A stretch of 64,000 nucleotides of DNA, from contig JANRKF010000010.1 in the NCBI GenBank assembly GCA_033763575.1, positions 13,376 through 77,375 on the forward strand, read 5' to 3'. The position numbers and the translations under genes are program-made. The notes beneath the pieces are model-generated. The model was not told the DNA's origin and ran no database searches. It saw nothing but the letters and a program-made list of their open reading frames with translations. Source of the stretch: Alphaproteobacteria bacterium. Its GTDB lineage: Bacteria; Pseudomonadota; Alphaproteobacteria; Rickettsiales; SXRF01. Shown piece by piece: positions 28,127-38,459 of this stretch. Every line of letters starts with the position of its first letter. The first letter of the stretch is position 1.

Positions 28127-29200
28127 ATGACTCTTAGGGATAAGCCGCTAAACCGCAGGGAAGCACTACGGCTTGCAGTATTTGGCGCCAACACGCTCAA
28201 TACGGCAGCCAATGCGTTGAACGCACCCGGCGCACCGCCAGCTGCGGTTATTCCTCCTGAAATACTTGAGAACGCAAGAATTGGCCTGCTGCACCGGCTC
28301 GGCGCGGCGTTCCTGCCGTTTAGCAAAGCTGCTTCCTGGTATCAACTCAACACTGTTGAGCCGATAACGACCTTTACCCGTCTCCTCAGTTATTCATTTC
28401 ACTTCGATAATACACAAACCCCTACCTATGTTCAAAGACCGTATAGAGACAGTCTCGAAGCCTCATATCAAACGGTTGGGGGGAAAGGTGCGGCGGTAGA
28501 AGAGCTGCTGGCGGAATATCACCGCTTGTTCCACGAATACCCCACGTGGGGTGAGCTGGTCGAATATATACCGAAGGGTGATGGTGTATCGCGCATCGGG
28601 AGCCATGTAGACCGCAAAAGCCGAATGCAGCCGGGTGAGCTGGTGCAAGCGGTTATCGATGAAAACCTGCCCCCGGATAAATTCAACGACAGGTATCTTA
28701 CACCCTCCAGGCACGCGGAGAATTTACTTTATGCAGAATCACTCGATAATATTATTGAGAAATTAACCGCGATCATCTCGAACAAAAACCTCGCGCTTAC
28801 GACCAGCGAGCGCCTCGCCATACTGAAAGCAGAGATGCTGCATCTTATTAAAGAATGTGCAAATGAGTTGGGGCTTGTCGGCCATGAGGATCATCCCCGC
28901 GTAGCCGAACGGGTGAACGAAAGGCTGCTGCCCCATCTGCACGCAACCCATCCGGAAATCCTGCCCGCCACTTTATCTCCCATTACGCTCGCCGCCGCGG
29001 GGACAGCCGCTATCGTCGCAGCCGCCGGGGTGGAAACAACGCCCGCAGACGCCGCACCAAGCGATACCCCTGCCGCCCTCCCCGCAGCACCCAAAGCGAT
29101 CGAACACACCCCCACAGAAACGGTCGCGAATGTATTAGGCACAGCACCGGCAGTAGAACCAGTGCCCGTGGTGATTGCCAAACAACAAAATAGGCGATAA
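28127..29200 (+). CDS. orphan hypothetical protein, possible twin-arginine leader, Ala/Pro-rich tail
   Basis: RBS aaggag 8 nt before ATG 28127; LNRREALRLAVFG. Confidence 0.75.
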   Translation: MTLRDKPLNRREALRLAVFGANTLNTAANALNAPGAPPAAVIPPEILENARIGLLHRLGAAFLPFSKAASWYQLNTVEPITTFTRLLSYSFHFDNTQTPTYVQRPYRDSLEASYQTVGGKGAAVEELLAEYHRLFHEYPTWGELVEYIPKGDGVSRIGSHVDRKSRMQPGELVQAVIDENLPPDKFNDRYLTPSRHAENLLYAESLDNIIEKLTAIISNKNLALTTSERLAILKAEMLHLIKECANELGLVGHEDHPRVAERVNERLLPHLHATHPEILPATLSPITLAAAGTAAIVAAAGVETTPADAAPSDTPAALPAAPKAIEHTPTETVANVLGTAPAVEPVPVVIAKQQNRR

Positions 29201-29220
29201 ACACGTTCTGGCGTATGGTG

Positions 29221-29340
29221 AAACTCGCTCTGTTGAGATTAAGAGCGAAGTTTTTGAGAACCGTAGCGCAGCGTACATTAGGGTACGTGAGCAACGGAAG
29301 CGCAAAAAACAAAGCGGCTTAATCCAACAGAGTAGAGTTT
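29221..29340. repeat. RPE-like palindromic element, copy 4
   Basis: Arms aaactcgctctgttgagattaag / cttaatccaacagagtagagttt; core nearly identical to copy 3; abuts the ubiX ATG. Confidence 0.85.
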
Positions 29341-29913
29341 ATGAGCATCATCATCGGCATTTCCGGCGCGAGCGGCGCGATTTACGGCGTGGAGCTTTTG
29401 AAAGCGCTCCGCGCCCTCAAAGTCGAAACCCACCTGATCGTGAGCAAAACCGCGCAGATCACGCTGGCGCATGAAACGCCCTATTCCCTCGCCGAGGTGC
29501 AGAAACTCGCCACCCATTTCCACAAAAACGATGACCTCGCCGCCTGCACCTCCAGCGGCTCGCACAAAACGGCGGGGATGATTATCGCGCCTTGTTCCAT
29601 GCGTTCATTGGCGGAAATTGCCACCGGCGTGACCAGCAACCTCCTCACCCGCAGCGCCGACGTGTGCCTGAAAGAACGCCGCAAGCTGGTGCTGATGGTG
29701 CGCGAAACGCCGCTGCACAGCATCCATTTGCGCAACATGCTCACGCTATCGGACATGGGGGCGGTGATCGCGCCGCCGGTGCCGGCCTTTTACAGCAAAC
29801 CCAAGAATATTGACGAGATGGTGAAATATACCGTGGCGAGGATTTTGGATAATTTTGACCTCGACGCCGGGAAGATTGCCCGCTGGCAGGGCCTCTCCGT
29901 AAAAAATCGGTGA
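29341..29913 (+). CDS. ubiX: flavin prenyltransferase
   Basis: GISGASG, SSGS, IAPCSMRSLA, RSADVCLKERRKLVLMVRETP. Confidence 0.96.
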   Translation: MSIIIGISGASGAIYGVELLKALRALKVETHLIVSKTAQITLAHETPYSLAEVQKLATHFHKNDDLAACTSSGSHKTAGMIIAPCSMRSLAEIATGVTSNLLTRSADVCLKERRKLVLMVRETPLHSIHLRNMLTLSDMGAVIAPPVPAFYSKPKNIDEMVKYTVARILDNFDLDAGKIARWQGLSVKNR

Positions 29914-30049
29914 ATTGAAGCATCCCACTCTTAATTTTGTATGAATCTAGTGGAAATGGTCGACATTTTTTGCTATAATGGCTTCGTTTGCACTGCAACA
30001 AAAGTGTAATATCAAACACTTAGCCACTTAAATTCGCGGATCCGCCCCT

Positions 30050-30235
30050 ATGAACGAAGATTTAATGTTAGAGAAGCGCCTCGATTACCTGCGCAGCCTG
30101 CATGCCGAGCTTGAGAGTCAGCTATCTGCCACGCTCGACGAATTCACCAAGATGCGCCTGAAGAAAGAGAAGCTCAGCCTCCGCGACAAGATGATGCAGA
30201 TCGAGAACGTGCTCTATCCCGACGTGATCGCATAA
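30050..30235 (+). CDS. DUF465/YdcH-family protein
   Basis: L...HAELE, RLKKEKL.LRD, terminal PD.IA. Confidence 0.8.
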   Translation: MNEDLMLEKRLDYLRSLHAELESQLSATLDEFTKMRLKKEKLSLRDKMMQIENVLYPDVIA

Positions 30236-30247
30236 CCAGATATTTCT

Positions 30248-32824
30248 CTACTTGCGGCGGCCTGCGCCCTGAGGCGCACTCGGCGTCGGCGGCGGTGTTT
30301 CGGGCTGCTGGTCGGTATTTTCGGAAGGGAGTGGTGTTTTCATGCTCGCCGTATTTAAAATATTGGCCAATTTGGCGGCGTCTAGTTTTCCTTCAAGCCC
30401 GGCGAGCTTTGCCGCGTTATTTAATTCTTCGGCGGACACTTTCCCGTCGCGCACTCCGTCCATATTGCCGTCCAGCGCGCCTATCATTCTCTCTCTACGC
30501 GCCGTGCGCTGATCTCGCAATGCCTCGATGACCTGCCCATTTTCATCAACGTCAGCGATCGCATATTTGATTCCGCCAAACATCGAAAGCTGGTTAAGCT
30601 CCTTAGCAATTTCTGCCGCTGCATCCAGCTTTGCCTTATCAGGCGTAATTGCTGCCGAAGCCGCCACTTCCGATTTAGCCTCAACCGGCGCGGCGTCTGC
30701 GGGTCTCATTTCGACTGTTATTGGCTTGGGTTCAGGTTTCGGGCGTGGCGCACTGGCTGCCGCTTCGGGGGCGGGCATTTCCACAGGCGTTACTGCCGGT
30801 TTAGGTGCTAGCCCCAAAAGCGTGCCCACATCTTTTTTACGAGATGTGATGCCCTCACCAGGCTTCAATTTATTCAATTCATCACCCACCTCTGCTATGA
30901 ATTTCTTACCCTCATCGGTTTTAAGAAACTTGGCGCCATCCCCGGCGGAAAAATAAGTCACGGTGGCTTGATAATCCTCTTCCTTGCCAAACCACTGCCC
31001 TTTCATGCCATCAACCAGCACCTTTTTCTGTTTTCTGAGAATTTCATCTGCCGCTGCGGCGGGTTTTTCGACGGCGGGCGCTTGCTGTGGCTTGGCTGTA
31101 GAGGTTGTTTGGCTCTGCTGCATAGTCGCGGCAGGGGCGGCTTGCGCAGGTATCAGCGTATAATACGATTCGGGATCTTTCTTGATAAAATGTTCATATT
31201 CCCATTTCGCATGAGCCGAGACAAGCGGCCCGTTGCCATAGGAAAATTTCTTGGCCTCTTCGCTATGATGACTCCTAAAAGAGTCGCGAATATTAGCTTC
31301 CAGAGTGGCACGGTCTTTATCACTTAATTGAATGCCTTTTGTATCTTGCAGGAATTGGGCGCCGAGCGCCGCATAAGCATTAACCGCTGCATTCATGGCG
31401 CCAACCGGATCTGCACCTTGATATGTGCGCCTCATATGCTCTGTTTCCGCTCTTTTTAACAACACTTCCGCCGCAGCTTCCTGTCGCGCAAATTGCTCTT
31501 TGGGCGTGGGCGGCGCGGCTGGTTCCTGCTTCGGCGCGGCTGTGGCCTTCGGAGCTTGTTTATTACGGAAATCCAGCGCGCTGACCGGAGGCACAGGCGG
31601 CTCTGGCAATTTTTCCGGAGCCACTGCGGACTCTATATGCTGGGGATTACGGATACCATCGCGACTGATAATCTCATCCACCGCGTCATTGACCAGTTGC
31701 TCCTCAGTCCGCAGGACTTGCGGGTGGCGTAAGATTCGATTATGGTTTTGTTCCCCCCTGCCATATTCCAAACTCATTTGCTCATACGCTGGAATCAGAT
31801 CTGAAATCTGCCCGCTGGCCGCACTCTCATGAAAATCGCCATAGGCTTTGCGGAGATTGGCAGCTTTTTCCTCATCACCGGCTTTCAGCGCATCATTAAG
31901 ACGGGTTATCATCTCGTCCTTGATGAGACGGTTGAAATCCCTCTCAGATTGACTAAGCCTATTCATCCGAAGGGCGGCAGGCAGGGAAAGGCCACCAGCT
32001 CCATCAGGCTGCTTGCCATTGTTGTCATATTCGTAAAATTTCGATGCCAAATTTTCCGGAGTGGCAAGCGCTGTCGCTTCCTGCACCCCAATCGCCGCCA
32101 CCGAGTCCCGAATCGCTTTAGAACCGCTCTGTTGCGCCCCAAGAAGCGCTTTCAAGGAAGCGTCATAAGCTTCTTTTTGCGCGGCTTCCTGTTCCAGTGC
32201 TTTGGGAAGCGCGACCGATGCCTCTTCGGCTGCGGTTCTTACAGCCTTCCATCTATCAGCTTCTCTACCAGCGGTGATGTATTGCAGCATAATGTCGCGC
32301 TCGGCGATTTGGTGCCGGTCCAATTGCGCGTCCCATGAACCAGGTGTTGCTTTCGCCGCTCTTTGAAGTCGCCAATCGTATATTCCCGACGTGGTTTCAA
32401 TATTGGCCAAGCCAGGATCCCCTAGCTTTTTCTTCAGCGGTGCATATTTAGGATCCATCATAATTTGCCGTCCGATCTCAGTCTGTCTGGCAACGGCGTC
32501 ATAATACAGTTTGCTTGCTTCTTCGGCGCTTGTGGAAGTCTTGTTTTCCACTTTTAGGCGCTGCTCTGTGGCGGTCGTTAAGGCCTCGCCTGCTTGCTTG
32601 AAAGCAGCACTCGGCCCGGCAACCGATTCCGCATAGGATTTTAAAGCAGCACGCACATCACCCAGTCGTTCGAGTTGATCCGAACTCTCAGCATTGGTGG
32701 CGACAGCATTTTCCAATTCATCAAAAAAATTACTGCCAAGACGAGACAATCGCGCTTGCTCAAAAGCCTCTATTTCAGCTTGCTCGTGTTTGGGATTCGT
32801 TAATTCGGCCATCTCATCCTCCAA
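30248..32824 (-). CDS. large orphan coiled-coil, Ala/Pro-rich protein with EF-hand-like motif
   Basis: 858-aa ORF, RBS ggagg; DGNMDGVRDGKVSAEEL; basic tail GAGRRK. Confidence 0.82.
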   Translation of the reverse strand: MEDEMAELTNPKHEQAEIEAFEQARLSRLGSNFFDELENAVATNAESSDQLERLGDVRAALKSYAESVAGPSAAFKQAGEALTTATEQRLKVENKTSTSAEEASKLYYDAVARQTEIGRQIMMDPKYAPLKKKLGDPGLANIETTSGIYDWRLQRAAKATPGSWDAQLDRHQIAERDIMLQYITAGREADRWKAVRTAAEEASVALPKALEQEAAQKEAYDASLKALLGAQQSGSKAIRDSVAAIGVQEATALATPENLASKFYEYDNNGKQPDGAGGLSLPAALRMNRLSQSERDFNRLIKDEMITRLNDALKAGDEEKAANLRKAYGDFHESAASGQISDLIPAYEQMSLEYGRGEQNHNRILRHPQVLRTEEQLVNDAVDEIISRDGIRNPQHIESAVAPEKLPEPPVPPVSALDFRNKQAPKATAAPKQEPAAPPTPKEQFARQEAAAEVLLKRAETEHMRRTYQGADPVGAMNAAVNAYAALGAQFLQDTKGIQLSDKDRATLEANIRDSFRSHHSEEAKKFSYGNGPLVSAHAKWEYEHFIKKDPESYYTLIPAQAAPAATMQQSQTTSTAKPQQAPAVEKPAAAADEILRKQKKVLVDGMKGQWFGKEEDYQATVTYFSAGDGAKFLKTDEGKKFIAEVGDELNKLKPGEGITSRKKDVGTLLGLAPKPAVTPVEMPAPEAAASAPRPKPEPKPITVEMRPADAAPVEAKSEVAASAAITPDKAKLDAAAEIAKELNQLSMFGGIKYAIADVDENGQVIEALRDQRTARRERMIGALDGNMDGVRDGKVSAEELNNAAKLAGLEGKLDAAKLANILNTASMKTPLPSENTDQQPETPPPTPSAPQGAGRRK

Positions 32825-32860
32825 CTGATATTTCTTGTCATCGATACTACCACCAACTTA

Positions 32861-32886
32861 TTAACAACGATCTTACGAATCATTAA
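32861..32886 (-). promoter_or_regulatory. triple CtrA-like half-site array
   Basis: Minus strand TTAA-N7-TAAG-N7-TTAA, 11 nt above TAGTAT. Confidence 0.55.
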
Positions 32887-33039
32887 TAAAGCTATAATCT
32901 TGCGCCTATCGCCAGTTTGCAGAGATTATGCGCAAGTCTTTGACCCTTCGCGAAAAGAAGGCTATGAATCCGCATCCGCTGCGATACCCTTAATCATTTA
33001 TTCGCAGTTATTTCACCCTCGGTTACCAGAAAGCGTATT

Positions 33040-34257
33040 TTGACTTCATTCACCCTCACGATTGACCGCCTGGGCGGCTTGGGCGACGGCTCCGGAAAAC
33101 ATGACGGAACGCCTGTGTTCGTCTCGAAATCCTGTGTCGGCGATGTGCTGAAGGTCAAAGAAACCAGCCGCACCAAAGAGGCCATCCGCGCCGAGATTGT
33201 CGAAATCCTCACCCCCGGCCCCGATCGCACCCCCGCCCCCTGCCCGCATTATGACGCCTGCGGTGGCTGCAGCCTGCAGCATATCTCCGGCGAATCCTAC
33301 CAGGAGTTCAAACGCGCTGTGGTCACCTCCGCGCTGGGCTATGCCGGGTTTCCGGAGGTGGTGCCGGAGTTTCATTTCCTCCCCGCCGCCACCCGCCGCC
33401 GCGCCGATTTCAAGGTGGAAGGCGGCAAGCTCGCCTATGTTTCCAGCAAATCGCACGACCGGGTGGCGATTGCCTCCTGCCTCATTTTGCTGCCGGAGCT
33501 GGATGCGTTGATTACGCCGCTCAACAAACGTTTGCCGGATTTTCCGCATGTGACGGGCCTGTCCATGACCCGCGCCGATAGCGGCATCGACCTGCTATTG
33601 CAGGTCACATCCTCCGAGGGCGGGCTGGAGGCCTATCAGGATCTGGCCGAGGCGCTGCCGATTGCAAGGCTTAGCGTGCAGTGGCCCAGCAAATCCATCA
33701 CCTCGCTCGCGCAGACCGATATGGTGCTCATGAATCTGTCGGGGCACGACGTGCCGATCCCGGCGGATGCGTTTTTGCAGGCCAGCGCCGAGGCGCAGGC
33801 GCTCATCACCGAGCGGGTGGTGAAAGCGACAAACAGCGTGTCGCCGGTGGTGGATTTGTTCGCGGGCATCGGCACCTACAGCTTCCCGATGAGTGCGCGG
33901 GCACGGGTGCATGCGGTGGATAATAACGGCCCGATGATCGATCATATCCGCAGCATTTCGCCCAAGGTGAGCGTGGATAAGCGCGATCTGTTCCTGCATC
34001 CGATGACCGCCTTCGAGCTGGCGAAATACAAAGCCGCCGTCATCAACCCGCCGCGCATGGGTGCGGCCGCCCAGGTGAAGCAGCTCTGCACCAGCGGCAT
34101 CCCTAAAATCGTGATGGTATCGTGCAATCACGCCACCTGGAGCCGCGACGCGAAAACCCTGAAAGCCGTAGGCTATGTGCTGCAATCGCTTGCCGCCATC
34201 GACCAGTTCGTCTATAGCCCACATGTGGAACTGGTGAGTATATTTTCGAGGGCATGA
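33040..34257 (+). CDS. TrmA/RlmD-family RNA (uracil-5)-methyltransferase
   Basis: TRAM domain, CPHYDACGGCSLQH, AFLQ, VDLFAGIG, INPPR.G, VSCN. Confidence 0.9.
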   Translation: MTSFTLTIDRLGGLGDGSGKHDGTPVFVSKSCVGDVLKVKETSRTKEAIRAEIVEILTPGPDRTPAPCPHYDACGGCSLQHISGESYQEFKRAVVTSALGYAGFPEVVPEFHFLPAATRRRADFKVEGGKLAYVSSKSHDRVAIASCLILLPELDALITPLNKRLPDFPHVTGLSMTRADSGIDLLLQVTSSEGGLEAYQDLAEALPIARLSVQWPSKSITSLAQTDMVLMNLSGHDVPIPADAFLQASAEAQALITERVVKATNSVSPVVDLFAGIGTYSFPMSARARVHAVDNNGPMIDHIRSISPKVSVDKRDLFLHPMTAFELAKYKAAVINPPRMGAAAQVKQLCTSGIPKIVMVSCNHATWSRDAKTLKAVGYVLQSLAAIDQFVYSPHVELVSIFSRA

Positions 34258-35498
34258 TGGCGACACTTTCGCTGGCAATGATCGTAAAAAATGAGGGCGC
34301 TACGATTGAGCGCGTGCTCAAATGCGCGAAAAATTTCTGCGATGAAATGATCGTGGTCGATACCGGATCGACCGACGACACCGTTGAAAAAGCCAAGGCC
34401 AGCGGGGCTATCGTCCATCATTTCGCATGGATTGACGATTTTGCCGCCGCGCGGAATTTTTCTTTTTCCAAATGCAGCTGCGACTGGATCATCTGGCTGG
34501 ATGGCGACGATATTGTGACGCCCGAAAACCAGAAAATGATTGCCGACCTTAAAACCACCACGCTCGATAACGAGCTCGAAGGTGTCTATCTGCGTTATAT
34601 TTACCCGCCTTTCGTGCAGTGGCGCGAGCGCATGATCCGCCGGAATCTTTTCGGCAGTAAAATCGAGTGGCGCGAACCGATTCACGAATGCATCCACGGC
34701 ATCGACGCGGCGAAGCAGAAATTCTTCGATACTATTTTCATTAAACATGATCCGCCGCCGGAGCGCGCCGCCACCAAGAAGGATCGCAACATCACCATCC
34801 TCCGCAAGCATATCGAGAATGGCGCGAACGATGAGCGCACGCTCTTTATGTATGCGATTGAATGCCTGCACAGCCGCTATCTGGAAGAAGCCGAGCGCAT
34901 GCTGGAGACCTTTTTCGCGCAGGTGCACCATCCTCACTACCGCTATGAAGTCTACTATAAAATGTATGATTTATACATGTCGTTCAATATGCCGGAAAAG
35001 GCGCTCGCCGCGCTTCCCAAGGGTATTGCCGAAGACCCGGCGCGAGCCGAGGCCTATTACCGGATGGGCAAATATTTCATGGAGAAGGTCGATAATTTAC
35101 AAGGCGCCCGCGCGCTGCTGACGACGGCGAGTCATCTCCCAATACCGGCCTATAGTGTGCCGGAAACGGAATCTTACACCTACGGCCCGTGGCACATGCT
35201 CTCCCGCGTGCATTTCCGTCTGGGCGCGTGGGAAGCCGCCAAATATGCGGCAAAAAAAGCCCTCAACCTCAACCCGCCGCCGATCGAATGGCTGGAGCAA
35301 ATCATCGCCTGCGACCCGGCGGGTGGCAAGCCTGAGCCGCTTCCGCCGGAGTGGCAGGAATGGCTGGCGCACAATCTCCAAAGAGGCGTTCCAAAACATT
35401 CGCTAATCCGCACATTAGAGGAAAAACATTTCACTCCGGCCCATATCATCACCGGCCTGCGCGAGGCGGATGGGAAAAAGGCCGGGGAAATCATATAA
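34254..35498 (+). CDS. GT2 glycosyltransferase with TPR region
   Basis: MIVKNE, VDTGSTD, DDFAAARN, WLDGDD, IHE followed by helical repeats. Confidence 0.88.
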   Translation: MMATLSLAMIVKNEGATIERVLKCAKNFCDEMIVVDTGSTDDTVEKAKASGAIVHHFAWIDDFAAARNFSFSKCSCDWIIWLDGDDIVTPENQKMIADLKTTTLDNELEGVYLRYIYPPFVQWRERMIRRNLFGSKIEWREPIHECIHGIDAAKQKFFDTIFIKHDPPPERAATKKDRNITILRKHIENGANDERTLFMYAIECLHSRYLEEAERMLETFFAQVHHPHYRYEVYYKMYDLYMSFNMPEKALAALPKGIAEDPARAEAYYRMGKYFMEKVDNLQGARALLTTASHLPIPAYSVPETESYTYGPWHMLSRVHFRLGAWEAAKYAAKKALNLNPPPIEWLEQIIACDPAGGKPEPLPPEWQEWLAHNLQRGVPKHSLIRTLEEKHFTPAHIITGLREADGKKAGEII

Positions 35499-35539
35499 AA
35501 TCGTTGTGCATAGCCCCGCAGATGCTGTATTGAGCTGCC

Positions 35540-37342
35540 ATGACTGACCTCAAACATATCCGTAACTTCTCCATCATCGCCCATATCGACCATGGCAAAT
35601 CGACGCTGGCCGACCGCCTGATCCAGGTATGCGGCGGGCTGGAACTGCGCGAAATGACGGCGCAGGTGCTCGATTCCATGGATATTGAGAAAGAGCGTGG
35701 CATCACCATCAAGGCGCAGACCGTGCGCCTCAAATACAAAGCCAAGGACGGCGAAACCTATATCCTGAACCTCATGGACACGCCCGGCCACGTTGATTTC
35801 GGCTATGAAGTGTCGCGCTGCCTCGCCGCCTGCGAAGGCTCGCTGCTGGTGGTGGATGCCTCGCAGGGCGTGGAAGCGCAGACGCTGGCGAATGTTTATA
35901 AGGCGATGGATGCCGGGCATGAAATGGTCCCGGTGCTCAATAAAATCGACCTTCCGGCCGCAGACGTGGAAAAAGCTAAAGCGCAAATCGAAGAGGTGAT
36001 CGGCATTGATGCGTCCGATTCCGTGCCAATTTCCGCCAAGAGCGGCCTCGGTATCGATGAGGTGCTCGAAGCCATCGTCACCCGCCTGCCCGCGCCTGTC
36101 GGCGACGCATCGGCCCCGCTGAAAGCCATGCTGGTCGATAGCTGGTACGATACCTATCTCGGCGTCATCATCCTCGTGCGTATCAAAGACGGCATGCTCA
36201 CCAAGGGCATGAAAATCCGCATGATGAGCAACGGCCAGAACCAGAATGTCGACCAGCTCGGCGTTTTCACCCCGAAGAAAATCCCGGTGGACAGCCTCAC
36301 CCCCGGCGAGGTCGGCTACATCATCACCGGCATCAAACAGGTCGCCGATTGCAATGTCGGCGACACCATTACCGAGGAACGCCGCCCCTGTGCGGAAGCC
36401 CTGCCCGGCTTCAAACCGTCGCAATCGGTGGTGTTCTGCGGGCTGTATCCAAGCGATTCCGGCGAGTTCGAGCATTTGAAAGATTCGCTCGGAAAGCTGC
36501 GCCTGAACGATGCGAGCTTCGAGTTTGAAACCGAAAGCTCCACCGCGCTCGGCTTTGGTTTCCGCTGCGGATTTTTGGGCATGCTGCACCTTGAAATCAT
36601 TCAGGAACGGCTGGAGCGCGAGTTCGACCTCGACCTCATCACCACCGCGCCCAGCGTGGTTTATCGCATCACCATGACCGACGGCAGCAAGATCGAGCTG
36701 CACAATCCGAACGACATGCCGGACGTCACCAAGATCGAGTTCATCGAGGAGCCGTGGATCCGCGCCACCATCATGACGCCGGACGATTATCTCGGCAACG
36801 TGCTGGCGCTCTGCACCGAAAAGCGCGGCGTGCAGGAGAACCTCACCTATGTCGGCAGCCGCGCCATGGCGGTGTATAAACTGCCACTCAACGAAGTGGT
36901 GTTCGATTTTTACGACCGCCTGAAAAGCTGCTCGAAAGGCTATGCCAGCTTCGATTACGAGATCACCGATTATTCCGAATCCGACCTCGTGAAAATGAAT
37001 ATACTGGTCAACGGCGAGCCGGTCGATGCGCTGGCGCTCATCGTCCACCGCAGCCAGGCCGATGCGCGTGGCCGCAAGCTCTGCGAACGCCTGAAAGACT
37101 TGATCCCGAAACACCTGTTCGCGATTCCTATCCAGGCGGCGATTGGCGGCAAGATCATTGCGCGGGAAACCATCTCGGCGATGCGGAAAGACGTGCTGGC
37201 CAAATGCTACGGCGGCGATATTTCGCGCAAACGCAAGCTGCTCGACAAGCAGAAAAAAGGTAAGAAGAAAATGCGCGAGATCGGCAACGTCAACATCCCG
37301 CAATCGGCGTTTTTATCCGCGCTCAAGATGGGCGATGAGTAA
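35540..37342 (+). CDS. lepA: elongation factor 4
   Basis: [41 protein letters not shown]. Confidence 0.98.
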   Translation: MTDLKHIRNFSIIAHIDHGKSTLADRLIQVCGGLELREMTAQVLDSMDIEKERGITIKAQTVRLKYKAKDGETYILNLMDTPGHVDFGYEVSRCLAACEGSLLVVDASQGVEAQTLANVYKAMDAGHEMVPVLNKIDLPAADVEKAKAQIEEVIGIDASDSVPISAKSGLGIDEVLEAIVTRLPAPVGDASAPLKAMLVDSWYDTYLGVIILVRIKDGMLTKGMKIRMMSNGQNQNVDQLGVFTPKKIPVDSLTPGEVGYIITGIKQVADCNVGDTITEERRPCAEALPGFKPSQSVVFCGLYPSDSGEFEHLKDSLGKLRLNDASFEFETESSTALGFGFRCGFLGMLHLEIIQERLEREFDLDLITTAPSVVYRITMTDGSKIELHNPNDMPDVTKIEFIEEPWIRATIMTPDDYLGNVLALCTEKRGVQENLTYVGSRAMAVYKLPLNEVVFDFYDRLKSCSKGYASFDYEITDYSESDLVKMNILVNGEPVDALALIVHRSQADARGRKLCERLKDLIPKHLFAIPIQAAIGGKIIARETISAMRKDVLAKCYGGDISRKRKLLDKQKKGKKKMREIGNVNIPQSAFLSALKMGDE

Positions 37343-37360
37343 ATTATACTTGCGTAAGAC

Positions 37361-37375
37361 GTAAGAATATCTTAC
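37361..37375. promoter_or_regulatory. inverted-repeat operator of the TA pair
   Basis: gtaag-aatat-cttac with extra gtaag/cttac half-sites either side. Confidence 0.55.
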
Positions 37376-37385
37376 AATAACTTAC

Positions 37386-37619
37386 ATGTTACAAGATCAT
37401 TTTATCACTTCAAAAGTAACCAGCAAAAGCCAAACGGTGATTCCGATGGCTGTGCGCAACAAGCTTGGGCTGAAGCCGGGCGATATGGTGCGTTATCGCT
37501 TTCGTGAGGATCATGTAGAAATCGAAAAACTGGCGGCGGAGGGCGATGGTTTTGATCCGTTCATGGCATTCCACGAATGGGCCTCTGCCGAAGACGAAGA
37601 AGCCTTTAAGGATTTATGA
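37386..37619 (+). CDS. AbrB/MazE (PrlF-like) antitoxin
   Basis: SKVTSKSQTVIP..VR..LGLKPGD; F.EW.S.EDE.AF.DL. Confidence 0.9.
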   Translation: MLQDHFITSKVTSKSQTVIPMAVRNKLGLKPGDMVRYRFREDHVEIEKLAAEGDGFDPFMAFHEWASAEDEEAFKDL

Positions 37620-37975
37620 GCGATACCGTAAAAGCTTTGGCGATTAAACGCTGGGATATTGTAGTCGTGCCCTTCCCTTACATCGATAGCGCGAAAGAAA
37701 GTAAGCGACCCGCTCTTATCATCTCCGATGCGGCGATGCATGAGGAGTTCGACACCTGCTGGGCGATGATGATTACCAGCGCCAAAAAATCCCGCTGGGA
37801 GTGTGATATCGCCATAAACAATCTCACCAAGGCAGGATTGCCCGTTCCTTGCGTCATTCGCCCCGTGAAGCTCGCCGCTATCGACCTTTCGCGCATTTTG
37901 CGTAAGACTGGCAGCCTAGACACCTCCGAACGCCGCAAAATCAGCAAATTTTTACAACATCAATTCTTAAAATGA
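37616..37975 (+). CDS. PemK/MazF-family toxin
   Basis: DIVVVPFPY.D...SKRPALIIS, MITS, GLP.PC.IR; ATGA coupling to the antitoxin. Confidence 0.9.
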   Translation: MSDTVKALAIKRWDIVVVPFPYIDSAKESKRPALIISDAAMHEEFDTCWAMMITSAKKSRWECDIAINNLTKAGLPVPCVIRPVKLAAIDLSRILRKTGSLDTSERRKISKFLQHQFLK

Positions 37976-37988
37976 GCATGAGCATACC

Positions 37989-38231
37989 ATGACCAACCCC
38001 GCACTCAGCCAGGCTCTGGAAGACATCTACGCCTCGCTCAAAAACGACAACGAAGATCTGGATCAGCGCATCATCGCGCTGAAGATAGTTTTACATGCCG
38101 AGAAGCTAAAATCGGTGGAGGTGGACCCCGCGAAGATTCCCCAGCCCAACCGGCAGGGCCGCAAAATGATGCAGTCTTATTTCAAGAAACGCGGCGTCAC
38201 CGTCACCTTCCCCGTATCGGATGCGGCATAA
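37989..38231 (+). CDS. small hypothetical protein
   Basis: 80-aa ORF with host-like codon use. Confidence 0.7.
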   Translation: MTNPALSQALEDIYASLKNDNEDLDQRIIALKIVLHAEKLKSVEVDPAKIPQPNRQGRKMMQSYFKKRGVTVTFPVSDAA

Positions 38232-38246
38232 CGGCGCGAGGATGAT

Positions 38247-38435
38247 ATGACCGAGATCATCAACCTGAACCAGCAGCGCAAAGCCAAAGCCCGCACGGAT
38301 AAAGAAAAGCAGGCCACGGAAAACCGCCGCAAATTTGGCCGCAGCAAAGAGGAAAAGCAAAAAGAAAAACTGGAAAACGACAAGCTAAAACGCCATCTCG
38401 ATGCCCATAAGCGCGAGGATGACGAAGAAGAATAA
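38247..38435 (+). CDS. DUF4169-family protein
   Basis: EIINLNQQRKAKAR..KEKQA.ENRRKFGRSK.EK. Confidence 0.88.
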   Translation: MTEIINLNQQRKAKARTDKEKQATENRRKFGRSKEEKQKEKLENDKLKRHLDAHKREDDEEE

Positions 38436-38459
38436 TTCGCCTGAAGGGGCTTCGGCGCA

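Noticed and set aside
35180-37303. 707-aa antisense ORF
   Set aside because: Mirror of lepA caused by GC-biased codon usage; no recognisable motifs. The same applies to the long antisense ORFs over rpsA, glmM, phoR, ffh and glmS.
38221-38422. 12-bp direct repeat gcgcgaggatga around the DUF4169 gene
   Set aside because: One copy is an RBS region and the other encodes REDD; short enough to be chance, with no other mobility signs.
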